From a phage: a DNA stretch of 41,948 nucleotides. The position numbers were made by a program, and so were the translations under genes. Positions 1 to 8,472 of the stretch are shown in pieces (the first letter of the stretch is position 1; every line of letters begins with the position of its first letter). The notes beneath the pieces were generated by a model. The model was not told where the DNA came from. It did no database searches and worked only from the letters and a program-made list of their open reading frames with translations. The stretch lies in assembly GCA_025284135.1 (NCBI GenBank), contig GCA_025284135.1_3646.2; one strand, 5' to 3'.

Positions 1-60
1 TCCATGGTGAACATAAAACATACAAATCCTTATAGTACAGATATTTAAGTTTTTACTGGT

Positions 61-411
61 CTAACCAGTTGTTGACATTCTAATAACTTCTTCTGGCGGC
101 AAAACTTTGGAAAATGTACATCTTTTACCTCTCCCTTGTGTGGATGTTTCAACCACCCCTGCACACTCTAAAGTTTTAACGCACGCTGCTGCTTTTGTTT
201 TCTTTATCCCAACATCTGCTGCAATTTTCCTTGTGCTGGGTGTGAAGCGTGAATTTCCTCCAAGCTTATACCAGTTGTGCAGGTAGCAGTATACAATCTT
301 GTCATACAAGTCAAGAACAACAACCTCTCCAGTTGTGTCATTCAAAACTTTTGACATAGACAGTATTTCAAGGGGGACTTTAAGATATAGCAGCTTATCC
401 CCATCTTTCAT
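61..411 (-). CDS. hypothetical protein, possible HTH DNA-binding
   Basis: 116-aa ORF, ATG at 409-411, AGGAG just upstream on minus strand; no recognisable catalytic motif. Confidence 0.4.
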   Translation of the reverse strand: MKDGDKLLYLKVPLEILSMSKVLNDTTGEVVVLDLYDKIVYCYLHNWYKLGGNSRFTPSTRKIAADVGIKKTKAAACVKTLECAGVVETSTQGRGKRCTFSKVLPPEEVIRMSTTG

Positions 412-458
412 ATCTCCTGATTCTCCTTGTGTGGCAATTTTCTTTAAAATAGCAGGGA

Positions 459-1013
459 TTACTCCCCGCTGTCAATAGCAAAACTCATTGCAATACGGTA
501 TGCCTCTTCTAATGGTAAGAGTCTCCCCCACACATCCCAACCGACATCAAGCTGCCTGCCAAACAACTGTTGTGTGGTTCCGTGAGCATGACCGAACAGT
601 TGGACTGATCCGTGATGCTTTCTGTTCCACTTTGCAAATTGGTAATGGCTCATACAGATCAAATTCTTGTTGTGGCGAAGCTCGTAATAATCTACAACCT
701 CATGATAGAACTCTTTCATAATTCTGACAGTCGTCCTTGTGTCATGGTTGCCACGAACAAGAATAATATGTCCGTTCAACATATTTAGAATATCTGGAAG
801 TAAGTTGTTGATATTCTTATCATTAGTGCACGCAATATCCCCCAAGTGGAACACAGTGTCTGCAGGTGACACAACAGAGTTCCACTCGGCGATGATTCCC
901 GCATTCATACTGTCAAGATTGTGATCATACTGAGATCTGTGTTTTTGACATGAATCAAACTCCATGACCCGCTGGTGGAGAAAGTGTGTGTCGCTTGTTA
1001 CAAAGTATTTCAT
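459..1013 (-). CDS. calcineurin-like metallophosphoesterase (lambda-phosphatase-like), candidate polynucleotide 2',3'/3'-phosphatase
   Basis: Motifs SDTHF (DxH), HLGDIA (GD), GNHD, GHAHG; start chosen at internal MKYFVTSDTHF ATG (1011-1013), 8 nt after stop of upstream kinase gene. Confidence 0.7.
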   Translation of the reverse strand: MKYFVTSDTHFLHQRVMEFDSCQKHRSQYDHNLDSMNAGIIAEWNSVVSPADTVFHLGDIACTNDKNINNLLPDILNMLNGHIILVRGNHDTRTTVRIMKEFYHEVVDYYELRHNKNLICMSHYQFAKWNRKHHGSVQLFGHAHGTTQQLFGRQLDVGWDVWGRLLPLEEAYRIAMSFAIDSGE

Positions 1014-1020
1014 ACATTCC

Positions 1021-1428
1021 TCATTTAAGTTTAATGCAGTTTTTAAGTTGGCGTTCCATACGATCCACAACCTCGTCTGAAGCATGAATGCTTTTATTAC
1101 CGTGGCGGTTTTCAACCACGATTACGGTATAACTATACCCATAACTGATTGCCATGTCAATATATTTTTGCACATATTTTTCTTTTGTAAACGTATTACT
1201 TACCACGATACGGTCGTATCCCATACGCATCATATCTTCTACGTTATCTTTGCACCATTTTGCTGCAAGTGTGACTTTACTTGCATCCCAGTTGTAATTT
1301 CCATCATCGTCGTACCAGAACATGTCGTTCTCAAAATGTGGATACAGACCCTCTAAAGATAGCGCATTTGCCAGTGTTGATTTGCCAGACCCTGGTAGAC
1401 CACGCACGATATATAGCATTTTAGACAT
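1021..1428 (-). CDS. P-loop polynucleotide 5'-kinase-like protein (T4 Pnk kinase-domain-like)
   Basis: Walker A GLPGSGKST and IVVSNT block resembling T4 Pnk GCPGSGKST / IISDTN; start at MSKMLYIVRG (ATG 1426-1428) preceded by GGAGGGTCAC. Confidence 0.55.
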   Translation of the reverse strand: MSKMLYIVRGLPGSGKSTLANALSLEGLYPHFENDMFWYDDDGNYNWDASKVTLAAKWCKDNVEDMMRMGYDRIVVSNTFTKEKYVQKYIDMAISYGYSYTVIVVENRHGNKSIHASDEVVDRMERQLKNCIKLK

Positions 1429-1456
1429 AGTGACCCTCCGTTTTAATTTCAACGAT

Positions 1457-1485
1457 AGTATACCTAACTGTTTTGTTAATTTCAA
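1457..1485 (-). promoter_or_regulatory. sigma70-like promoter for minus-strand kinase/phosphatase operon (-35 TTGAAA, 17 nt, -10 TATACT)
   Basis: Reverse complement of 1457-1485 reads TTGAAATTAACAAAACAGTTAGGTATACT, about 30 nt upstream of ATG at 1428. Confidence 0.45.
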
Positions 1486-1528
1486 GTGTTGACACTAGGT
1501 TATTTGTGTGGCAGGATAGACTGACAAA

Positions 1529-2464
1529 ATGACAAATGAGGAACGTATGATGAAGTATTTTAATGCAGACGACCTAGTTGACAAAGGTCTTGTAACCAGC
1601 AGATATTACCCAGATCTCGGGTTAAAGATCTATAAATATGCTAGAAAAGTATTTTACAACAATTTATGGCATTTGTCCCCTCGTTTACTGGAGTGCCGAG
1701 GCATTGTTGTCGGGAATGAAGGAAATGTTGTGGCATGGCCATTCACAAAAGTGTTTAACTTGGGAGAAAACTCCACCAACCTACCGGACAGTAAACTTGT
1801 GACTGCGGTAGAGAAAAAGAACGGATTCCTCGGTGTGGTATCATCTCATAAAGGTGAACTATTGTTCTCAACAACCGGATCTCTTGATTCTCCATATTGT
1901 AACCTCGCAAAGGAAACCATCCAGGAGCAATGTGGTAATTTAGATCTTATCAAGAAGGTTATGGGCAATGAAAACATGACATTCATGTTTGAAATTTGTC
2001 ACCCTTCAGATCCGCATATTGTTCAGGAAGATCATGGCGCATATTTGATAGGTTGCAGATATAATGATTCTGGAATAATGCTACCAGAAGCAGCTTTAGA
2101 TGGGATTGCCAAATACCTTGGCGCAAAACGTCCTCACACTGTGCGTGAAATTCCGTTCAGCTATGCAAAAGAATTGGCTGCAGAAACAAGAGGTGAAGGG
2201 TATATGATTCGTAAGCCTTACTACCCTTATGATCTGCAGCTGAAGATCAAGTCTCCATACTATCTGGCACGGAAGGCCGTAATGAGGGGTAAAGCTTGGA
2301 AGATTTGGGATGATGATATCTTTAAACGTATTGACGAAGAGTTTTACGGCATGATAAACTTCATTCGTAGCAATTACACAGAAGATGTGTGGAACTGCCT
2401 CCTGGAGCAGGAACGCCGTGAGATACTTGACCACTATTTCCACAACGAGGACTATATGCAATGA
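1529..2464 (+). CDS. RNA ligase-like nucleotidyltransferase (ATP-dependent ligase superfamily)
   Basis: Motif I KKNG (KxNG), EGYMIRKP (motif IV-like), KIKSPYY (motif V-like); no OB/DNA-ligase C-domain; better RBS (GAGGAA) supports alternative start at 1547. Confidence 0.5.
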   Translation: MTNEERMMKYFNADDLVDKGLVTSRYYPDLGLKIYKYARKVFYNNLWHLSPRLLECRGIVVGNEGNVVAWPFTKVFNLGENSTNLPDSKLVTAVEKKNGFLGVVSSHKGELLFSTTGSLDSPYCNLAKETIQEQCGNLDLIKKVMGNENMTFMFEICHPSDPHIVQEDHGAYLIGCRYNDSGIMLPEAALDGIAKYLGAKRPHTVREIPFSYAKELAAETRGEGYMIRKPYYPYDLQLKIKSPYYLARKAVMRGKAWKIWDDDIFKRIDEEFYGMINFIRSNYTEDVWNCLLEQERREILDHYFHNEDYMQ

Positions 2465-2508
2465 AGAAGTGGAAAGTTCTTTTTAATCATTCAGCTTAAG
2501 GGGGCTGT

Positions 2509-3117
2509 ATGAAACTTGTGCATGGTGTTGGTATTAATGATGCAGACTATCCTGTCAGGGTTTTAGACAAGGATACTGGAAAGAGAATCATGTGTCCTTT
2601 TTATATGACATGGTCAAATATGCTAGGAAGGTGTTACCTTAAAAACAAGAAATTTGAAGCTTATGCTATGGTAGAAGTTTGTGAAGAATGGAAAATCTTC
2701 AGCAACTTCAAGCGTTGGATGGAAAAACAAGATTGGCGGGATAAATTTTTAGATAAAGATATCCTCTTTGAAAATAATCTTGTATACTGTCCAGAAGCGT
2801 GTATTTTTGTTCCCCGTGAAATAAACAACTTCTTTGTAGCAAGGGTGCCACAAAGAGGTGAGTGTTTGATGGGGGTAAGAAGAAAAGGCCCCTCTTTTGC
2901 TGCCTATTGCAAAGATGGGGTTAAGGACACGCGGGTTTATCTTGGAACCTTCCCCACGCAGATTGAAGCACATATGAGATACTTAGAATATAAACTGCAA
3001 CTTCTTAGAGACTTGATTGGAACTGTAGATGACAGTAGGTTGCTATTAGGATTACGAAGAATTGAGAATAAGATAGTTTTAGCTTTATCTTCAAAAACAC
3101 CGATAGAAAATTTTTAG
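2509..3117 (+). CDS. free-standing homing-endonuclease-like DNA-binding protein (AP2-type domain)
   Basis: W-x2-M-x2-RC ... EW motif common to phage HNH/AP2 endonuclease-like proteins, YLGTF AP2-like segment; RBS AAGGGGG. Confidence 0.45.
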   Translation: MKLVHGVGINDADYPVRVLDKDTGKRIMCPFYMTWSNMLGRCYLKNKKFEAYAMVEVCEEWKIFSNFKRWMEKQDWRDKFLDKDILFENNLVYCPEACIFVPREINNFFVARVPQRGECLMGVRRKGPSFAAYCKDGVKDTRVYLGTFPTQIEAHMRYLEYKLQLLRDLIGTVDDSRLLLGLRRIENKIVLALSSKTPIENF

Positions 3118-3125
3118 AGGCATGT

Positions 3126-3473
3126 ATGAAAGTTTGGATAGATGATTTGCGTAACCCAGCTGACTACGGACATGTAGATGCAATTTGGTTTAAAACATCA
3201 CAAGAGGCTATGGAGTTTCTCAATAATCCTGCTAAAATGTATCGAAGAGTGACAGAGTGGTTCTTTGACCACGATTTGGGTGAAGACTCTGATCAAGACG
3301 GATATGCTGTTTTATTGCGCCTGGAAGAGCTATTTGTATTTGGTAAGCCTCCTGTAGTTGACAACGTGAAGATTTTCGTGCATACTTCTAATCCATCAGC
3401 GGCTCGTAAATTCATGCTTGCAGCTGACTCGTTTAAAAAGTTTGGAATAGAGATTAAACAAAACATCTACTGA
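3126..3473 (+). CDS. hypothetical protein with WIDDxRxP / DHDLG / HTSNP motifs (possible receiver-like cyclic-phosphate-processing domain)
   Basis: 115-aa ORF, RBS AGAGG; three conserved-looking acidic/His motifs; 9 nt upstream of Sir2 gene. Confidence 0.35.
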   Translation: MKVWIDDLRNPADYGHVDAIWFKTSQEAMEFLNNPAKMYRRVTEWFFDHDLGEDSDQDGYAVLLRLEELFVFGKPPVVDNVKIFVHTSNPSAARKFMLAADSFKKFGIEIKQNIY

Positions 3474-3481
3474 GGGCACTT

Positions 3482-4243
3482 ATGCGACGACTGATTATTA
3501 TCTCCGGTGCTGGTTTGAGCGCTGAATCTGGTATTCCCACTTTCCGATCTGGTAGCACTGCAATGTGGGAGAATTTCAGCATCGATGAGGTGTGCAACAT
3601 CCACACCTTTGCCAAGAACTACTATAAGGTGCATGACTTTTACAATGCACGTCGTGTAGCTCTGGGCAGTGTTGATCCTAACCTTGCACATCTTCGGATC
3701 GCTGAGTGGTATTCCCGCTGGTCTGGTCGTGTGATCAACCTTACCACCAATGTAGATGATTTGCTGGAGCGTGCTGGTGTAAAACATGAAGATATTTTAC
3801 ATGTCCACGGGTATTTGCCTGAAATCACCTACGAAGATGCTGAAGGTAATGATGTAATTAAAAATATCGGATACACGGAGGTAGATACAGGCAAGTATAC
3901 CTGGGTTAAGCCCAATGTAGTGTTCTTCGGTGAGGTTGCTCCTAAGTATACAGACATGTATGACCTGTTGACATCTCTCACAAGCAATGATATGGTGATC
4001 CTGGTAGGTTGTTCTAACACAGTTATTAATTTTAACTGGGAATTGTTTCCTGCTACTTGTAAAGGCACAAAACTGCTGATTGTAAACAAGTATGATTCGC
4101 AGAGTGCAGATGGAAGTGGCATTTCACGTAGCGACCTTTATCAATATGAGGATCGCGGGATCCCTGTATGGTTTAACGGTGCTGTTGACGCTTTCTCTGA
4201 TAAAGTATTTATTGAAACTGTAGAAAACTTTATGGAACTTTAA
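3482..4243 (+). CDS. Sir2-family NAD-dependent protein (sirtuin-like) lacking zinc ribbon
   Basis: GAGLSAESGIPTFR Rossmann motif and HVHG catalytic His typical of Sir2/CobB; no CxxC...CxxC zinc module. Confidence 0.7.
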   Translation: MRRLIIISGAGLSAESGIPTFRSGSTAMWENFSIDEVCNIHTFAKNYYKVHDFYNARRVALGSVDPNLAHLRIAEWYSRWSGRVINLTTNVDDLLERAGVKHEDILHVHGYLPEITYEDAEGNDVIKNIGYTEVDTGKYTWVKPNVVFFGEVAPKYTDMYDLLTSLTSNDMVILVGCSNTVINFNWELFPATCKGTKLLIVNKYDSQSADGSGISRSDLYQYEDRGIPVWFNGAVDAFSDKVFIETVENFMEL

Positions 4244-4256
4244 AAGGAGACCTTTA

Positions 4257-4970
4257 ATGCTGAATACTAAACTGATCGACAACCTGGAAAAACTGTCTCA
4301 GCCTGAAAACTACCTTTGGTCTGCCAACTGGGTGGAAAACTGGAACCGTGTGGCAGCTAAGGTGAAAAAATCATACACACCATTCGAATTACAGCTTAGC
4401 TTCATTGAGGAAGAGTTCAATGAAGTTTTGGAAGAGCTGGAGAAAGGTGATGGTGGAGATCACTTGCTAAAAGAGGCCTGCGATCTTCATGTTGTCACAA
4501 GTTATGCCGCTTATCTTGTTAATGACAATCACGAAAAGTGGTCAAACCTGTTTGATAATCCACGAGGTATTAAGTTCAAGATTGGTGAGTTCTATGATAC
4601 ACTGATCGCTGCGAAAAACACCTCTAAGCAAAGAGCGTCTGCTTACCGCTTAGCAGAGTTGTCAACAGCTTTGCTGTTCCAGCTTCGCGGCGATGTGTGC
4701 GGGATGATGCGTAAGGTTCTCAAATCGAATGACAGCAAGTTTGCACGGGTCAACCATCTACGGTATTCACACGGTGCCAGTGCAGATATGCCTGCTGAAC
4801 AACTCATCGAGTTGGAGATTAAAGATCTTGAGCGACGCTTTGATGGTCGATATGAAGGTTTTGTTGCTAAGGAAGAATTCTACAACGGTAATAAAGTTAT
4901 CATATTCCTTGACAGTAAAGGTAAGATCATGAAGCCTTCAAGCTTCAAGGATGTAACAGAGTATATTTAA
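4257..4970 (+). CDS. putative MazG-like nucleoside triphosphate pyrophosphohydrolase
   Basis: EEEFNEVLEELEKGDGGDHLLKEACD resembles MazG EExxE...ExxD metal-binding helices; RBS AAAGGAGA. Confidence 0.35.
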   Translation: MLNTKLIDNLEKLSQPENYLWSANWVENWNRVAAKVKKSYTPFELQLSFIEEEFNEVLEELEKGDGGDHLLKEACDLHVVTSYAAYLVNDNHEKWSNLFDNPRGIKFKIGEFYDTLIAAKNTSKQRASAYRLAELSTALLFQLRGDVCGMMRKVLKSNDSKFARVNHLRYSHGASADMPAEQLIELEIKDLERRFDGRYEGFVAKEEFYNGNKVIIFLDSKGKIMKPSSFKDVTEYI

Positions 4971-4976
4971 CAACAT

Positions 4977-5000
4977 AGCCGGGATCACCCGGCTTTACTT
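4977..5000 (+). terminator. rho-independent terminator-like hairpin
   Basis: AGCCGGG-atca-CCCGGCT followed by TTACTT, immediately after stop at 4970. Confidence 0.5.
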
Positions 5001-5012
5001 GTTGTGGAAAGT

Positions 5013-5342
5013 ATGCAAGTGAGGCAGATAGTTATGTACAAGCACTCTAGAGATCTTGAAAACGATGCTGTGTTTGGGGATCAGATGAAAGAGTTGGTTA
5101 AACTCATAGGCAGGATAGAGGATAAGTTTGACACTAAAATCTACATCGATAGCAAGATCTTCAACCACAAAATATGGACAAATCTGTGTGTTGGACTACA
5201 TGGAGATAAAGATGTTGTAAATTTAGTTGTAATTAAGTTCATAGTGTGGCAGAATAAAACTATAAATTATTACGATCCACACCTGCTTGTTTACCCGATA
5301 AAAGACCTATTAGATAAGGAGGACTGCAATGCCGTTATTTAA
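5013..5342 (+). CDS. hypothetical protein
   Basis: ORF 5004..5342; first ATG at 5013; weak RBS; start uncertain (5034 also possible). Confidence 0.4.
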   Translation: MQVRQIVMYKHSRDLENDAVFGDQMKELVKLIGRIEDKFDTKIYIDSKIFNHKIWTNLCVGLHGDKDVVNLVVIKFIVWQNKTINYYDPHLLVYPIKDLLDKEDCNAVI

Positions 5343-5598
5343 TCTTGCTAAACCTGTAGAAGCACACCAGTTTGACGGAAGCTCTTCATCAGTATCTGAT
5401 CTGCAACGGTGGATTGATACAGGCGTGTTTACATCGTCACCTGTTCGGACCAGAGATCTTCGTCGTATGTGTGAGCTTGTAGAGCCATTTGGTAACCTAG
5501 TCTTGTACCAGGGTGATTGGCTTGTTGATTTTATGGGGGACTGGTTGGTAATGAGTAAAGAAGAGATGTTTAAAATTTTTAAGGAAGAGGTAGAGTAA
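5329..5598 (+). CDS. hypothetical protein
   Basis: 89-aa ORF with RBS TAAGGAGGA 6 nt upstream of ATG. Confidence 0.45.
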   Translation: MPLFNLAKPVEAHQFDGSSSSVSDLQRWIDTGVFTSSPVRTRDLRRMCELVEPFGNLVLYQGDWLVDFMGDWLVMSKEEMFKIFKEEVE

Positions 5599-6881
5599 TG
5601 CATCAAATCAAAACAACACTGTACGCACTGAACAAAGATGGCAGCTACCAACAGTGGAAAGTATTCACGGATGGTGATAAGGTTATCGTAGAGTTTGGCA
5701 AGCTTGATGGTAAACTGCAATACAAAGAGACGATCTGCACACCTAAGAACGTAGGTCGTGCCAACGAGACTACAGCTGAGCAACAGGCCGAGCTTGAGGC
5801 TATCAGTAAGTGGGAAAAACAAGTCCGTCTGGGGTATGTTGAAAACATGGAAGATTGCGAGCAGGGTGTTGACCTTTTACCCATGCTGGTGCATGACTAT
5901 CTGAAGCGTGGCAAGGCACTTAAATTACCTTGCTGGATCTTGCGTAAGTTAGATGGCCTTCGTCTGCTTGTTGTTTTCCAAAATGGTGAGCCTAAATTTA
6001 TTTCCCGTGGTAATAAGTCCTACCCTATTCAAGGAAAGCTTTTAGAGCAACTTCGTTCTTTCCATTCTACCACTGGGATTAAACAACTTGATGGGGAACT
6101 ATACATTCATGGTCTTCCTTTGCAGAAAATAGTGTCTCTTGCTAAACGGTGGCGCACACAGGAAGAGATTCAGGCCGAGATCGATAAAGACTATGAGGCA
6201 GATAAAAAACGCCGTCATGCCGCAATTAAGGCAGGCTTATCAACATACAAAAACTTCAACAAGGTAGATATTCCTGTCAATGTTGAGCCTGTTCGTGATG
6301 ATTTGCGTTACGGTGGGTACTGTAGCTACGATCTGGAGTATCACATTTTTGATATTCCTAGCGACAAGGTGTGGTGGGATCCAGAAACAGAGTCTGGACG
6401 CTGCAAGGATCTTATGGATGCAGAGGATACCGTTACCACTCTGATGCTTGACCATATCAAGGTTGTTGACGCAGAGCTTGCGTACACAGTTGATCATTGC
6501 GAAGAATCTGTTGGTATATTCATGTCCGAAGGATATGAAGGTACCATTATGCGTAACTTCTGTGGTAAATATGAGTACGGTCAGCGAACATCTGAAGCAT
6601 TGAAATGGAAAAAGTTCAACGACGCAGAGGTGAAAGTTATTGACGTTGAGAAAGATAAGAATGATGAAGGTGTTCTTATCTGTGTTGACAAGGAAGGTAT
6701 TGTTGTTAAAATGAAAATGAAAGGTACGCACGAGGAGCGTAGCTATGACAGAATGCAGGAAATGATCGGCAAGTTTGTCACCTTCAAATATCAAGCAAGG
6801 ACAGAAGACAACAACTACCAATTCCCTGTCGGTATCTGCGTCCGAAATGTTAACCCAGACACTTGGGAGGTGCTGGAATAA
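5598..6881 (+). CDS. ATP-dependent DNA ligase
   Basis: Motif I KLDGLR (adenylation lysine), 427 aa, stop/start overlap with upstream gene. Confidence 0.85.
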   Translation: MHQIKTTLYALNKDGSYQQWKVFTDGDKVIVEFGKLDGKLQYKETICTPKNVGRANETTAEQQAELEAISKWEKQVRLGYVENMEDCEQGVDLLPMLVHDYLKRGKALKLPCWILRKLDGLRLLVVFQNGEPKFISRGNKSYPIQGKLLEQLRSFHSTTGIKQLDGELYIHGLPLQKIVSLAKRWRTQEEIQAEIDKDYEADKKRRHAAIKAGLSTYKNFNKVDIPVNVEPVRDDLRYGGYCSYDLEYHIFDIPSDKVWWDPETESGRCKDLMDAEDTVTTLMLDHIKVVDAELAYTVDHCEESVGIFMSEGYEGTIMRNFCGKYEYGQRTSEALKWKKFNDAEVKVIDVEKDKNDEGVLICVDKEGIVVKMKMKGTHEERSYDRMQEMIGKFVTFKYQARTEDNNYQFPVGICVRNVNPDTWEVLE

Positions 6882-7023
6882 TTTAGGTATGTTTAGTAGC
6901 CAATTGAATAAGTGTTTTCAATTTGCACCTACATATGCCCTGATGTATGAACTGTGCAACCTAGCCACACCACACAGTGGTGCTGATCGGGGCTCGTTAT
7001 GAGTGAACTGGAGAGTATGAAAA

Positions 7024-7512
7024 ATGAAACTTGATAAAAATGTTCAACGAAAGGCTTTCTTGGATATGATCGCATATTCGGAAGGCACAGATAATGGTAG
7101 ACAACCTACCAAGGATCGGGGATACGATGTCATAGTCGGAGGCAAGCTGTTCAGCGATTACAGCAAGCATCCCGGTGTTTACGTTAAGCTAAATGCTAAA
7201 CTTACCTCCTCCGCTGCTGGGCGTTACCAGGTTTTGGAGAAGTTTGCTAAACACTACATGGAACAGCTAGGATTGCCAGATTTTGGCCCTGCCAGTCAGG
7301 ACAAGATTGCGTTGCAACTGATCCGTGAGTGTAAGGCGCTCGATGATATTGATGAAGGTCGTATCCACCAGGCCATTTATAAATGCCGCAGCCGCTGGGC
7401 AAGCTTCCCACCACCGCCGGGGGCTGGAAAGCTGTACAATCAGCGAGCAGAAAGTATAGACAAGATGCTGGATGTCTTTAAGAAGGCAGGTGGAGTTGTT
7501 ACAGATGAGTAA
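7024..7512 (+). CDS. endolysin, lambda R-like lytic transglycosylase
   Basis: QRKAFLDMIAYSEGTDNGRQPTKDRGYDVIVGG...AAGRYQ closely parallels phage lambda R N-terminus as recalled. Confidence 0.85.
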   Translation: MKLDKNVQRKAFLDMIAYSEGTDNGRQPTKDRGYDVIVGGKLFSDYSKHPGVYVKLNAKLTSSAAGRYQVLEKFAKHYMEQLGLPDFGPASQDKIALQLIRECKALDDIDEGRIHQAIYKCRSRWASFPPPPGAGKLYNQRAESIDKMLDVFKKAGGVVTDE

Positions 7513-8188
7513 CGGGATTGACTGGTGGAGTGTCTTTAGATATGATACAGGCACTGGAAGGTTGTTTTGGAAGTCCCCACCAAAAAACAAACCCCAACTA
7601 ATGGGAAAGGAGGCTGGATGTACTAACATGGACGGGTACAGGGATATAATCTATCGTGGCGTGCATTACTACAGGCATAGATTGGTTTGGGAGATGCATT
7701 ATGGGCCCATCCCAGAAGGGTACGAAGTTGATCACATAAAGCCACTTTTCTATTCCGATGGTGTTGCTGATGACAGGATAGAAAACCTGCAACTGTTAAC
7801 ACCAGAAGAAAACGCAAAAAAGGCGGCAGATGACGGATGCCTGGCACGCAAGATACCTAAATCCAACACTGGACACTTGGGTGTATATTTTCATGCTAGA
7901 ACTGGAAGGTATGCTGCTTTTGGTAAGGTAGGTCATTACTATAAGAAAGACCTAGGAGAATACGATACCTTAGAAGAGGCCATTGCTGCTCAAAAGTCTT
8001 TTGAAAGTGGCACGTTTGTCAGGGAATATCGTGGACAGCCTTTAGGGAGGGATAAATCTAGAGGTGTCAGATTTGAAGCAGATAGGGGCAAATGGAAAGT
8101 AACTTTCAGAGGAAAAACGTTAGGCAGGTTTGACACCAAAGAGTCTGCTGAAGCGTGTTACGCAAAGGCTCTTACTGAAAGCTTGTAA
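7505..8188 (+). CDS. HNH homing endonuclease with two AP2-type DNA-binding domains
   Basis: HRLVWEMHYGPIPEGYEVDHI...NLQLLTPEEN HNH core; two GVYF/GVRF...LGxFxTxEEA AP2-like repeats; ATG overlaps endolysin stop. Confidence 0.75.
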   Translation: MSNGIDWWSVFRYDTGTGRLFWKSPPKNKPQLMGKEAGCTNMDGYRDIIYRGVHYYRHRLVWEMHYGPIPEGYEVDHIKPLFYSDGVADDRIENLQLLTPEENAKKAADDGCLARKIPKSNTGHLGVYFHARTGRYAAFGKVGHYYKKDLGEYDTLEEAIAAQKSFESGTFVREYRGQPLGRDKSRGVRFEADRGKWKVTFRGKTLGRFDTKESAEACYAKALTESL

Positions 8189-8196
8189 CAGTATCA

Positions 8197-8225
8197 TTGA
8201 CATAACCACACGGACGTGGTATTGT
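8197..8225 (+). promoter_or_regulatory. sigma70-like promoter (TTGACA, 17 nt, TATTGT)
   Basis: TTGACATAACCACACGGACGTGGTATTGT upstream of 8257 gene. Confidence 0.4.
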
Positions 8226-8256
8226 TACCTCATAAAATGTTTAGGAGGGCTTAACC

Positions 8257-8463
8257 ATGAAAGATTTTCTGTTGGCAATTTTGTTCATGGCAGCATGTCT
8301 GGCCTGTGGTGTCGTGTTTGCAGGTGAAACAGCGTATCTTGTCGATGTATATCGGGACAATGGTAAACGTATTTGCCTTTATGAGACAAGTCAAGGTGAG
8401 CTCTACGAGCTTGTGAAACAAGGCGAGGCTGGATCTTGTCCTCGCACCCATTTCTTTGAATGA
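8257..8463 (+). CDS. small secreted/lipoprotein-like protein
   Basis: N-terminal hydrophobic LAILFMAACLACG signal-like segment; RBS AGGAGGG. Confidence 0.45.
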   Translation: MKDFLLAILFMAACLACGVVFAGETAYLVDVYRDNGKRICLYETSQGELYELVKQGEAGSCPRTHFFE

Positions 8464-8472
8464 GGAGAATAC

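Noticed and set aside
1489-1517. Plus-strand promoter for the RNA ligase at the TTGACA at 1489
   Set aside because: There is a perfect -35 but no convincing -10 at 16-19 nt spacing (CAGGAT/GGATAG); it is mentioned in a finding but not annotated as a feature.
5310-5822. Long minus-strand ORFs (for example 5310..5822, 6240..6821, 16685..17104, 28563..28853)
   Set aside because: They fully overlap plus-strand genes with strong motif support, lack RBSs and have shadow-ORF composition.
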